Positions 8,800-16,084 of a stretch of DNA of 47,209 bases are shown in pieces. Both the position numbers and the translations under genes were made by a program. Position 1 is the first letter of the stretch, and each line of letters opens with the position of its first letter. Origin of the DNA: Candidatus Omnitrophota bacterium (GTDB lineage Bacteria > Omnitrophota > Gorgyraeia > Gygaellales > Profunditerraquicolaceae); assembly GCA_022013085.1 (NCBI GenBank), contig JAKLQX010000002.1, forward strand, positions 1 to 47,209, written 5' to 3'. The notes below the pieces were generated by a model. That model had not been told where the DNA came from, searched no databases, and saw only the letters and a program-made list of their open reading frames with translations.

Positions 8800-9678
8800 T
8801 TAAGCTTCTACCTTAAGATTATACTTCTTTATGTTATTATCTGCAATCTCCTGTACCTTTTTAATCTCTTCAGGATTATTAAGCAGATGTTTAAATCTAC
8901 CCTGGCTCTTTAAATATTCCTCTACTGGCTTAGGAACAATCTGTTTACGGTTAGCTAAAACACCGAATTCATACTCAAATAAAGGATAAAGCCCGGTCTC
9001 CACTGCTAATTTTGCTACCGGTAACATCTGATTAGTCTCATGTCTCCAGCCTAATGGACAAGGAACATGTATTTGGATATATTTAGGGCCTTTAATAGAA
9101 ATGGCTTTTTTTACTTTGCGCTGTAAATCCTGCGGGAAACCCGCTGAAGCTGTAGCAACATAAGGAATGCCATGTGCTAGACAAATCTCCGGCATGGGTT
9201 TTTTAGGACAGATATTTCCTGAAGAGTTCACCCCCAGAGGGCTAGTAGTAGTATTCGTATCAAATGGAGTAAGCCCGCTTCTCTGCACTCCGGTATTCAT
9301 ATAAGCTTCGTTATCATAGCAAACATACAAAATATCATGGCCTCGCTCAAGCATACCGCTCAAAGCTTGTAAGCCAATATCAGCAGTTGAGCCATCTCCG
9401 CCTTGAGCAATAACATTAGTTACATCTTTTTTACCTAAATATATAAGTGCTGCTTCAATGCCTGATGCCACCGCAGCAGAATTCTCAAATAAAGAGTGAA
9501 TCCAGGGCACTCCCCAGGCAGTTTCAGGATATTTTGTAGAAAAAACCTCCAAACAACCAGTATTATTAGCAATAATAGTATTTGCCCCGGCTGCCTCAAT
9601 AACTAAACGCGCAGCAATGGCTTGTCCGCATCCGGCACATGCTGTATGTCCAGATTTAAATAAAGGGCTATTCTCCAT
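8800..9678 (-). CDS. porB: 2-oxoacid (pyruvate/2-ketoisovalerate):ferredoxin oxidoreductase, beta (TPP-binding) subunit
   Basis: GHTACAGCGQ near the N-terminus, the TPP motif GGDGSTADIG...YDNEAYMNTG, and operon context. Confidence 0.9.
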   Translation of the reverse strand: MENSPLFKSGHTACAGCGQAIAARLVIEAAGANTIIANNTGCLEVFSTKYPETAWGVPWIHSLFENSAAVASGIEAALIYLGKKDVTNVIAQGGDGSTADIGLQALSGMLERGHDILYVCYDNEAYMNTGVQRSGLTPFDTNTTTSPLGVNSSGNICPKKPMPEICLAHGIPYVATASAGFPQDLQRKVKKAISIKGPKYIQIHVPCPLGWRHETNQMLPVAKLAVETGLYPLFEYEFGVLANRKQIVPKPVEEYLKSQGRFKHLLNNPEEIKKVQEIADNNIKKYNLKVEA

Positions 9679-10855
9679 ATTCTTCCTTAAGCAATTCCGG
9701 TTTTAAATCCACAAAATCTGAGTTGACTTCTTTAGCACCCAATCTTCTAAATACTTCATGAATAGTTTCTAATGTGATATCTCTTCCGCCTAAACCACCA
9801 ACAAAACTACTGATTATCTTTGGCCCTTTTTTCTTGCCAAAAAACGCTGCTTTCATCTCAACAGCAACCGGGGCATAGGCACCTAAAGAAACTGCCTTAT
9901 CTAAAACTGCTACCTTGGTAACATCTTTTAAAGCTTCATAAACCCGAGCATAGGGAAATGGCCGATAAGTGATAATGCGTAAGAGCCCAACTTTTTTGCC
10001 TTTTGCGCGCTGCTCATCAATTACTTCCTTAATCGTCCCACAAACTGAACCCATAGCTACAATTACCTTTTCAGCGTCTTTAACTTGATACTCTTCAACC
10101 AGCAAATCTTTATAATCTCGGCCGAAAACTGACAAAAACTCCTTACTTATCTCAGATAAGTAAACCAATGATTCTTTCATGGTTTCCTGGATGGCAAAAC
10201 GCGTCTCCATATAATAGTCTGGATCAGCTAAAAGCCCCATGGAAATCGGTTCATTAGTATCTAATTTATATAAAGCCTGATAACTAGGCAAAAATTTATT
10301 TACTTTATCCTGCTCTGGGATATCCACTGTTTCCATGCCGTGAGTCAAAATAAACCCATCCATACAAACCATTACCGGCAACATCACCCGTTTGTCTTCA
10401 GCTAAACGGTAAGCGACAAGATGAAAATCTGCTGCCTCTTGGTTATCTTCGGCATAAATCTGAAACCATCCTGAATCACGCAATGATATAGAATCCTGCT
10501 GATCATTCCAAATATTTATCGGAGCACTTATTGCGCGATTTGCGCAAGTCATTACAACCGGTAGGCGCATTCCAGCAATATTAAAAACTACTTCCTGCAT
10601 ATAAAACAAACCTTGTGAGCTAGTCGCAGTATAAACGCGTACCCCGGTTGCCGATGCGCCCAAAACTACCGAAGCAGCTGAGTGTTCGCTTTCTACATTG
10701 ACAAATTGCGAAGTTAATTCGCCATTTGCCACCATCTGCGCCAGGCCTTCAACAATATGCGTCTGAGGTGTTATAGGATAGGCAGAGATCACTCCTGGTT
10801 TACAGGATTTGATTATTTCTGCTACCGCGCGTGATCCCTCTAGGAATTCCTTCAC
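9668..10855 (-). CDS. porA: 2-oxoacid:ferredoxin oxidoreductase, alpha subunit
   Basis: 395 aa with the AYPITPQT motif. The start is a GTG at 10855-10853 that lies partly inside the repeat arm. Confidence 0.9.
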   Translation of the reverse strand: MKEFLEGSRAVAEIIKSCKPGVISAYPITPQTHIVEGLAQMVANGELTSQFVNVESEHSAASVVLGASATGVRVYTATSSQGLFYMQEVVFNIAGMRLPVVMTCANRAISAPINIWNDQQDSISLRDSGWFQIYAEDNQEAADFHLVAYRLAEDKRVMLPVMVCMDGFILTHGMETVDIPEQDKVNKFLPSYQALYKLDTNEPISMGLLADPDYYMETRFAIQETMKESLVYLSEISKEFLSVFGRDYKDLLVEEYQVKDAEKVIVAMGSVCGTIKEVIDEQRAKGKKVGLLRIITYRPFPYARVYEALKDVTKVAVLDKAVSLGAYAPVAVEMKAAFFGKKKGPKIISSFVGGLGGRDITLETIHEVFRRLGAKEVNSDFVDLKPELLKEEYGE

Positions 10856-10928
10856 CCCGCACCTTCTTCCTTATTTAATTTATCAAACCGTATAGCCTTA
10901 ATAGTTGAATATTTAGAAGGTGCGGGGT
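10854..10928 (-). repeat. palindromic-ended intergenic cassette, copy A (porD|porA junction)
   Basis: Perfect 14-bp inverted arms ACCCCGCACCTTCT (10854-10867) and AGAAGGTGCGGGGT (10915-10928) around a 47-nt AT-rich core. The arms are identical in copy C, and one arm is identical in copy B. Confidence 0.9.
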
Positions 10929-11201
10929 TCATTTATCCTCACCTTTAGATTCTTCAGGCACCATCGCAATATCTTTTTTAGGGCAGATATCCGCGCATAC
11001 CCCGCAACCTTTACAAAAATTATAATCCGCCCAAAAAGCATTCTTTTCTTTGCCATGTACACAGCCTTCCGGACAAATCATCAAACACATCCTGCAGGCA
11101 ATGCAATCTTTATGCAGATAATGCGGACGATACTGCACTCTCCAGCTACCAGTCTTATCCCCTTTACTCTTTGATGGTTTTACAGTTAGCGGACCAAACA
11201 T
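10929..11201 (-). CDS. porD: 2-oxoacid:ferredoxin oxidoreductase, delta (2x[4Fe-4S]) subunit
   Basis: CIACRMCLMICP and CKGCGVCADICP motifs; 90 aa. Confidence 0.9.
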   Translation of the reverse strand: MFGPLTVKPSKSKGDKTGSWRVQYRPHYLHKDCIACRMCLMICPEGCVHGKEKNAFWADYNFCKGCGVCADICPKKDIAMVPEESKGEDK

Positions 11202-11202
11202 T

Positions 11203-11775
11203 TTATCCCCTGCCTGCCGGCAGGCAGGCTTTTAGCTTGTTCTTAACAATCTCAAAACCTTCTTTAACTGCTTGAATATTGCCTTCTTGGGCTTTGCCTT
11301 GAAACCTTTTCTTAATCACTTCAATAAGGTTATCCAGCTTGAGCTCTCCGGTAGCAGCAGCAAAAGCGCCAATTAAAGCAGTATTACCTAAAGGCCGGCC
11401 TATAGTTCTCATAGCAATCTCATTGGCCGCAACCACAAAAACCTTCTGCTTTGACTTTAATTTAGGTAACTCCATATCTTCTTTGCCGTTAATAATAGCG
11501 ATGCCATCCTCTTTTAAACCGGAAAAACAGTTATATCCGCGCATAAGCGTAGAATCAACGATAATTACATAATTAGGTTCATAAATCTGGCTACGTAAAC
11601 GCACTGGATCACTATCCACGCGCACAAAAGCATTCATAGGCGCACCCATTCTAGCTGCCCCAAAGTTAGGAAAGGCATAAGGGTACTTGCCCTCATTAAA
11701 ATAGCTAAACCCTATTAATGTTGCAGTAGTAATTGCGCCCTGACCTGCGCGAGCATGAATCCTAATCTCTTTCAT
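11203..11775 (-). CDS. porG: 2-oxoacid:ferredoxin oxidoreductase, gamma subunit
   Basis: MKEIRIHARAGQGAITTA... is typical of gamma subunits. I placed the start at the ATG 11775, which has AAGGA 7 nt upstream; the track start at 11799 lacks an SD. The last 8 codons are encoded by a 20-bp palindrome. Confidence 0.85.
   Translation of the reverse strand: MKEIRIHARAGQGAITTATLIGFSYFNEGKYPYAFPNFGAARMGAPMNAFVRVDSDPVRLRSQIYEPNYVIIVDSTLMRGYNCFSGLKEDGIAIINGKEDMELPKLKSKQKVFVVAANEIAMRTIGRPLGNTALIGAFAAATGELKLDNLIEVIKKRFQGKAQEGNIQAVKEGFEIVKNKLKACLPAGRG
11209..11228. repeat. perfect 20-bp palindrome CCTGCCTGCC|GGCAGGCAGG
   Basis: Read directly from the sequence. It lies inside the porG 3' end and abuts the porD SD. 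Confidence 0.9.
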
Positions 11776-11850
11776 ATTTTTCCTTAAAAAATGAAACACA
11801 AAGTTTTTTAATTATATAGCCTAAGCCTAACTTTGTCAAATAGTTTGTTT

Positions 11851-12879
11851 TTAGAGGTTTTTACGGATAAATGCTGAGGTTTGGTTGAGCAGGCTCAAAA
11901 TCCCTTCTGCCTTATGCACATCCAAGGTACCCAACCCACATGCCGGACTAATCATGAGCCTTTCCAATAGAAGCTCACGGTTGATTCCCTTTTTAACCAG
12001 AAAATCTAAACCAGATTTTATCTTTTCTGTTAACATATCCGGGGTTTGACTACCGTTATAGCCCTGAGTTGGCACAATCCCCCAACAGATAACCCCTCCC
12101 TTTTTTAAAAAACTGTTCAGGTTATCCGCATAAAGCACAAATCTCTCCTGAAAATCAAAAGCATCAAAATTGATGATATCAATACCACTATCCGTAAGCA
12201 TAGACCAATCCGTATTACCACAACAGTGTATGCCAGTAAGGCAACCTGAGGCTTTTACGGTATCGTTAAGTTCAGAGAAAAGATCGATTACCTCACTTCG
12301 GCCTACCGAGGTATAAGCAGAACCCACGCAAGCTAAGTACGGTTCATCAAAAAACATAATTATTTTTTTCCCAAATTTCTTGAATAAATCCAATTGCCAA
12401 AGTGCCTTCATAGCTAAACCCTTAGCCATCGCCTGCATTAACACTTTATCATGGAGGATAGAATTGCCATCTGAATCATTTATCCCTGCACAAAAAGTAA
12501 ATGGACCGGTAACTTGGCATTTAATAAATTCTATACTAGATAAATCCATGTCGAGAATACGCTGGTAAAACAGATGCAAACCACGCGCAAAATCCGGGCT
12601 TATTTTAAAATAAGGCAAATCATGAGCAATAAATCTTTCATAAAATAATTCCAGTTCTTTTTCTTTGTCTTGGGGAGAAAATTTTACTCCGCTCGTGCTA
12701 ACTTTAACCCCGGGTAAATTCTCAGCGAACTGTGCAATCATCCCCTCGCGCATATCGCATTTGGGCAACTGTGGCCAAAAAGGCGCAGCAGGCAGGAAGC
12801 GTAAAATCAAATCTATTGCTTTTTGTACGTTATCTAAAGGCAAACTGCCGACACCAGTTGCCAAGCCCTTAAGATTCAT
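11851..12879 (-). CDS. single-domain MetE-like (cobalamin-independent methionine synthase catalytic-domain family) protein
   Basis: 342 aa. Motifs in MetE order: GVGSLP near the N-terminus, FFDEPYL (compare IDEPAL), GIHCCGN (His/Cys Zn ligands) and ISPACGLG (compare PDCGL). Confidence 0.55.
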   Translation of the reverse strand: MNLKGLATGVGSLPLDNVQKAIDLILRFLPAAPFWPQLPKCDMREGMIAQFAENLPGVKVSTSGVKFSPQDKEKELELFYERFIAHDLPYFKISPDFARGLHLFYQRILDMDLSSIEFIKCQVTGPFTFCAGINDSDGNSILHDKVLMQAMAKGLAMKALWQLDLFKKFGKKIIMFFDEPYLACVGSAYTSVGRSEVIDLFSELNDTVKASGCLTGIHCCGNTDWSMLTDSGIDIINFDAFDFQERFVLYADNLNSFLKKGGVICWGIVPTQGYNGSQTPDMLTEKIKSGLDFLVKKGINRELLLERLMISPACGLGTLDVHKAEGILSLLNQTSAFIRKNL

Positions 12880-13340
12880 ACCTTCTCTCTCCTCAATGTT
12901 CCGCTAGGCCGAATCTCGACAACCTCTTCCACTTTTATCTTTAAAATTACAAACTGCTCTGGGCTACCTACTTCGTAAGCCTTATGTGCCTGGCCTTTGA
13001 CAACTCCATCCATAACCCTTTTAGTGGATAAATCAATCTGTTTATTCTGCAACTCTTTAAGTATGCCTTTGTATTCTGCCCCTGAGTCAATAATGTCAAC
13101 TTTACCGTTAATCTGATAACCTATAAGAGTAAAGCTATCAATAAAAGAAAGTGAGACTTTAGGATTGATTTGCAAATTCTCAAACGTCCGGCCGATAATA
13201 TAATCTACTAAATAGATATGATCCCTTTCTACCTTAAGCAAAAATTTAGGAGCTGCATTAGGCCTAGCCTCTAGATCGCAAGTTGCTACACTGATAAACT
13301 CCCTAGACTCAATAAGTTCTTTAACAATCTTATTAATCAT
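12876..13340 (-). CDS. pyridoxamine 5'-phosphate oxidase-like FMN-binding protein
   Basis: 154 aa. The N-terminal pattern ...FISVATCDLEARPNAAPKFLLKV...IYLVDY is typical of the PNPOx-like split-barrel fold. A 4-nt overlap on each side indicates an operon. Confidence 0.65.
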   Translation of the reverse strand: MINKIVKELIESREFISVATCDLEARPNAAPKFLLKVERDHIYLVDYIIGRTFENLQINPKVSLSFIDSFTLIGYQINGKVDIIDSGAEYKGILKELQNKQIDLSTKRVMDGVVKGQAHKAYEVGSPEQFVILKIKVEEVVEIRPSGTLRREKV

Positions 13341-13726
13341 GTTTTATTTTCTAATCCTTTGATCATGCTACTAGCTAAGACATTGGCAAAAACCTCTTTA
13401 AAATCATAAACTAAAGCGAAATCCGCTAAACGATCTTCTTGGGTCTTAGATAAAAGCTTCTTTTCAATCATGCTAAAGACAATATTACCAAAATCCTCCG
13501 TTTGATTTATCCCCCAATAGGTTAATACTCTATGCGCCAAAGCACCATACTGATTAATCGCGAAATCCCGCAAACCATGCGCAAGCTGGCTTCCAGAAAC
13601 ATGCGTCGTTTTCTTAAATTTCTTCTGCGTAAAAGTTAAGCCCTGCAACACAAACTCATAAGCATCGGGCTTATACCTCTCATCCTTACTACAGATCTCA
13701 TCCACTAAATCCTGAAATTTATTCAT
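13337..13726 (-). CDS. conserved hypothetical protein
   Basis: 129 aa: ...YKPDAYEFVLQGLTFTQKK...HVSGSQLAHGLRDFAINQYGALAHRVLTYWGINQTEDFGNIVFSMIEKKLLSKTQEDRLADF. From memory this resembles the small Planctomycetes/Verrucomicrobia 'Minf_1886' family. I could not verify that. Confidence 0.4.
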   Translation of the reverse strand: MNKFQDLVDEICSKDERYKPDAYEFVLQGLTFTQKKFKKTTHVSGSQLAHGLRDFAINQYGALAHRVLTYWGINQTEDFGNIVFSMIEKKLLSKTQEDRLADFALVYDFKEVFANVLASSMIKGLENKT

Positions 13727-13729
13727 TTA

Positions 13730-14356
13730 TCAAAATCCTAATTTTTCACCCACAATAACTATCTTTACCCTATCGGGATTAATCTCACTCTCAATAATTA
13801 AAATCTGACAACACATCCTTTTATAATCCGGGGAAAGGCAAATTTCTTTACGACAAACTCCTTGGGCAAGACAAGCCGCCGGCCAATTCAAACGTTTGCA
13901 ATTTAGAACAGTTGCGTATTCTCGGCTCCGTTTAAGTGCCTCTTCCAAGTTAAGGGTGATTTTATTCAAACCACAGATAACAATTACGTTTTTAGCATTA
14001 GCAATACCGCTGATGCGATGCCCGTACCCACTAAAAAAAACTAACTCGCCTTTTTCAGAAATTGCATTAACACTAGTTAAATAATAATCTGCCTGCGCTC
14101 CCAGATTGCGTTCTTCTAAACTTTTCTTAGCACTAATTCCAGGCTTATACTGGTTAAATACCTTATTTCCCCGCGCCTCTAAGCTGGCGACAATCCCCAA
14201 CTCATCCAGGGTTTTCGAGCCTGAAATACCAATACAACTATTTTTAGGTATAAAGCTTTCCGCTAATTCTTTTGCCTGAGAAATAGTTTTAGCATAAAAG
14301 CCGCTAATGTTACGCCGCTTTAAATTGCTGATAAGATTACCAACAGGATTTTCCAT
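13730..14356 (-). CDS. LUD-domain (DUF162, LutC/YkgG-like) protein
   Basis: 208 aa. It has the general LUD-domain layout with a Cys-rich C-terminal part (CKRLNWPAACLAQGVCRKEIC...CC). Confidence 0.55.
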   Translation of the reverse strand: MENPVGNLISNLKRRNISGFYAKTISQAKELAESFIPKNSCIGISGSKTLDELGIVASLEARGNKVFNQYKPGISAKKSLEERNLGAQADYYLTSVNAISEKGELVFFSGYGHRISGIANAKNVIVICGLNKITLNLEEALKRSREYATVLNCKRLNWPAACLAQGVCRKEICLSPDYKRMCCQILIIESEINPDRVKIVIVGEKLGF

Positions 14357-14359
14357 AGA

Positions 14360-14830
14360 TTACTTTAAAAGTAAATTCCTGTAATCTGCCGGTAAAGCAT
14401 TTTCACGCGCAACCCGGTGACCGGATTTATTCAATAATATATACGTGGGCACACCAATAACATCATATTGATCCGCAAGTTTGCCTTCTTTATCCAAAAG
14501 AACATTAAAGTTAAGCACGTAATCCTTAAAAAACCTCTGAACCTTATAATCTGATTCACCAATGTTAACCGCAAAAAGGGTTATCCCCTCTTTTTTCATC
14601 TCTGAATAAAGCTGATTCAAGCCTTTTATCTCTTTTCGGCAATAAGAACACCAGGTAGTCCAGAAAAAAAGTATTGCCGGCTTGTTTTTTGCGCTAGAAA
14701 GATTCACTACTTGGCCCTTTAAATCATTTAATATAATATCCTCTGCAAAAGCATTATCAAACAATCCTAAAATCATAAAAATACATACCACAAATAAATT
14801 TATCTTCAGGCCTTTTTTAAATATACACAC
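14360..14830 (-). CDS. TlpA/ResA-like periplasmic thiol:disulfide oxidoreductase
   Basis: WCSYC active site within a thioredoxin fold. I propose a GTG start at 14830 (GGAG-N6-GTG, overlapping the ccdA stop as TAGTG), which gives a signal-peptide-like N-terminus. The 185-aa track form overlaps ccdA by 88 nt. Confidence 0.75.
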   Translation of the reverse strand: MCIFKKGLKINLFVVCIFMILGLFDNAFAEDIILNDLKGQVVNLSSAKNKPAILFFWTTWCSYCRKEIKGLNQLYSEMKKEGITLFAVNIGESDYKVQRFFKDYVLNFNVLLDKEGKLADQYDVIGVPTYILLNKSGHRVARENALPADYRNLLLK

Positions 14831-15504
14831 TAAAATCTCCTTATCGCTGTAAAAATAAAATACGTGCCGGCTAAAACAATAATTGCTGCACAGATTTTTT
14901 TTATTACAATCATCCATTTCCCCGCTTTAGGCAAACCGGTAAGGCTAGTTCCAAAAGTACCGATGAGAATAAAAATTACCCCCATGCCATAAGAAAAACT
15001 AAGCAACAAGCATCCACCGTAGAATATATTTTTCGTCGTCGATAAATACGCCAAAATTGCACCCAGGATTGGCGTAAGACACGGCGAAATCATCAAGCCG
15101 GAAACCAGGCCTAATAATAACGCTCCAAAAAAATTGGGTTTCCTGTAAACCGGAGGTTTTAAATTCTTTAATCTAAAATTAAAATGGAATAAACCAAACA
15201 TAGAAAGTCCGAAGCTAAAGACAAAAACTCCGGAAATAAAATTAACTATCGGGCTGGAACTAAATTTCCCAAACATGCTACCGGTTAATACTGCCAGGAT
15301 ACCTAGAAAAGAATAGGTGATGGCCATGCCGGTAACATAAAATAAACTCAAAAATAAAGCCCGGCTTTTGGAATTTTGTGAATTGCCCACTATGTATCCA
15401 GCGCTAATCGGAATAAGCGGATACACGCAAGGAGTAAAGCTGGCTAGCAATCCTCCAAAAAAAGCAAAAATAAAATCAAGCAAGCTACCGGAGAGCTGCA
15501 TCAA
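14830..15504 (-). CDS. ccdA: cytochrome c biogenesis / disulfide-reductant transfer membrane protein (CcdA/DsbD-core family)
   Basis: 224 aa and polytopic, with the FTPCVYPLIP and SPCLTPILG motifs. Confidence 0.85.
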   Translation of the reverse strand: MMQLSGSLLDFIFAFFGGLLASFTPCVYPLIPISAGYIVGNSQNSKSRALFLSLFYVTGMAITYSFLGILAVLTGSMFGKFSSSPIVNFISGVFVFSFGLSMFGLFHFNFRLKNLKPPVYRKPNFFGALLLGLVSGLMISPCLTPILGAILAYLSTTKNIFYGGCLLLSFSYGMGVIFILIGTFGTSLTGLPKAGKWMIVIKKICAAIIVLAGTYFIFTAIRRF

Positions 15505-15796
15505 TCCACCTTAAGTATGATTTATCTCCAGCAATTATAGGGATGGCGATAATTTCCGGAACTTCATAGCTATGCAAAGATTTAACTAACTTAATGATTT
15601 TAGGTAATTTTTCTTTTCTAGACTTAATCACCAGCAGAGATTCTTTGGACTGATCAATTTTACCCGCCCAAAAAAATACAGAATCAACTTTATCAATAAT
15701 ATTAACGCAAGCAGCTAGCTTTTGCTTAATCAAACTAACGCCAATTTTTTGCGCCTCTTTTTTGCTACTTGCCGTTACAAATATAACTATATACAT
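15485..15796 (-). CDS. cutA: divalent-cation tolerance protein CutA
   Basis: 103 aa; ...EAQKIGVSLIKQKLAACVNI...SYEVPEIIAIPI is CutA1-like. It sits next to ccdA/dsbD, as in E. coli cutA1-cutA2. Confidence 0.85.
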   Translation of the reverse strand: MYIVIFVTASSKKEAQKIGVSLIKQKLAACVNIIDKVDSVFFWAGKIDQSKESLLVIKSRKEKLPKIIKLVKSLHSYEVPEIIAIPIIAGDKSYLRWIDAALR

Positions 15797-15859
15797 AAAA
15801 TAGTTTCCCCTTTAAGAGAATAATCATACCATGAATAAGTACGGCGTTCAATTATACTT

Positions 15860-16084
15860 TCATGCCACTTTAATTGATCTAATCCTGCCAAACTGTGAAC
15901 AAAGATCAAAAACTAAAGTGGGGTCCTCAGTAATCATAGTTACCTTATAATCGCAGCTTTCTCCATGCTTTTGGCAATCACCAACTACCAAATCACTGCC
16001 GAACTCCGCCAGCGCGTTCTTGATAATTTTTGAGGAGCTACCTTTGGCATGCAAAATAAACTCCAAGGCGTATTTTGTAATCAT
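15860..16084 (-). CDS. hypothetical 74-aa protein
   Basis: The ORF overlaps pgeF in an ATGA arrangement (16081-16084), which suggests translational coupling. I recognise no motif. Confidence 0.4.
   Translation of the reverse strand: MITKYALEFILHAKGSSSKIIKNALAEFGSDLVVGDCQKHGESCDYKVTMITEDPTLVFDLCSQFGRIRSIKVA

Noticed and set aside
10915-10928. The cassette arm AGAAGGTGCG resembles the IS5-type terminal inverted repeat GGAAGGTGCG (from memory).
   Set aside because: The orientation is wrong: in the cassettes this end faces the interior, not the exterior. No transposase is present, and the similarity is only about 9 nt. The resemblance may simply reflect SD-like sequence.
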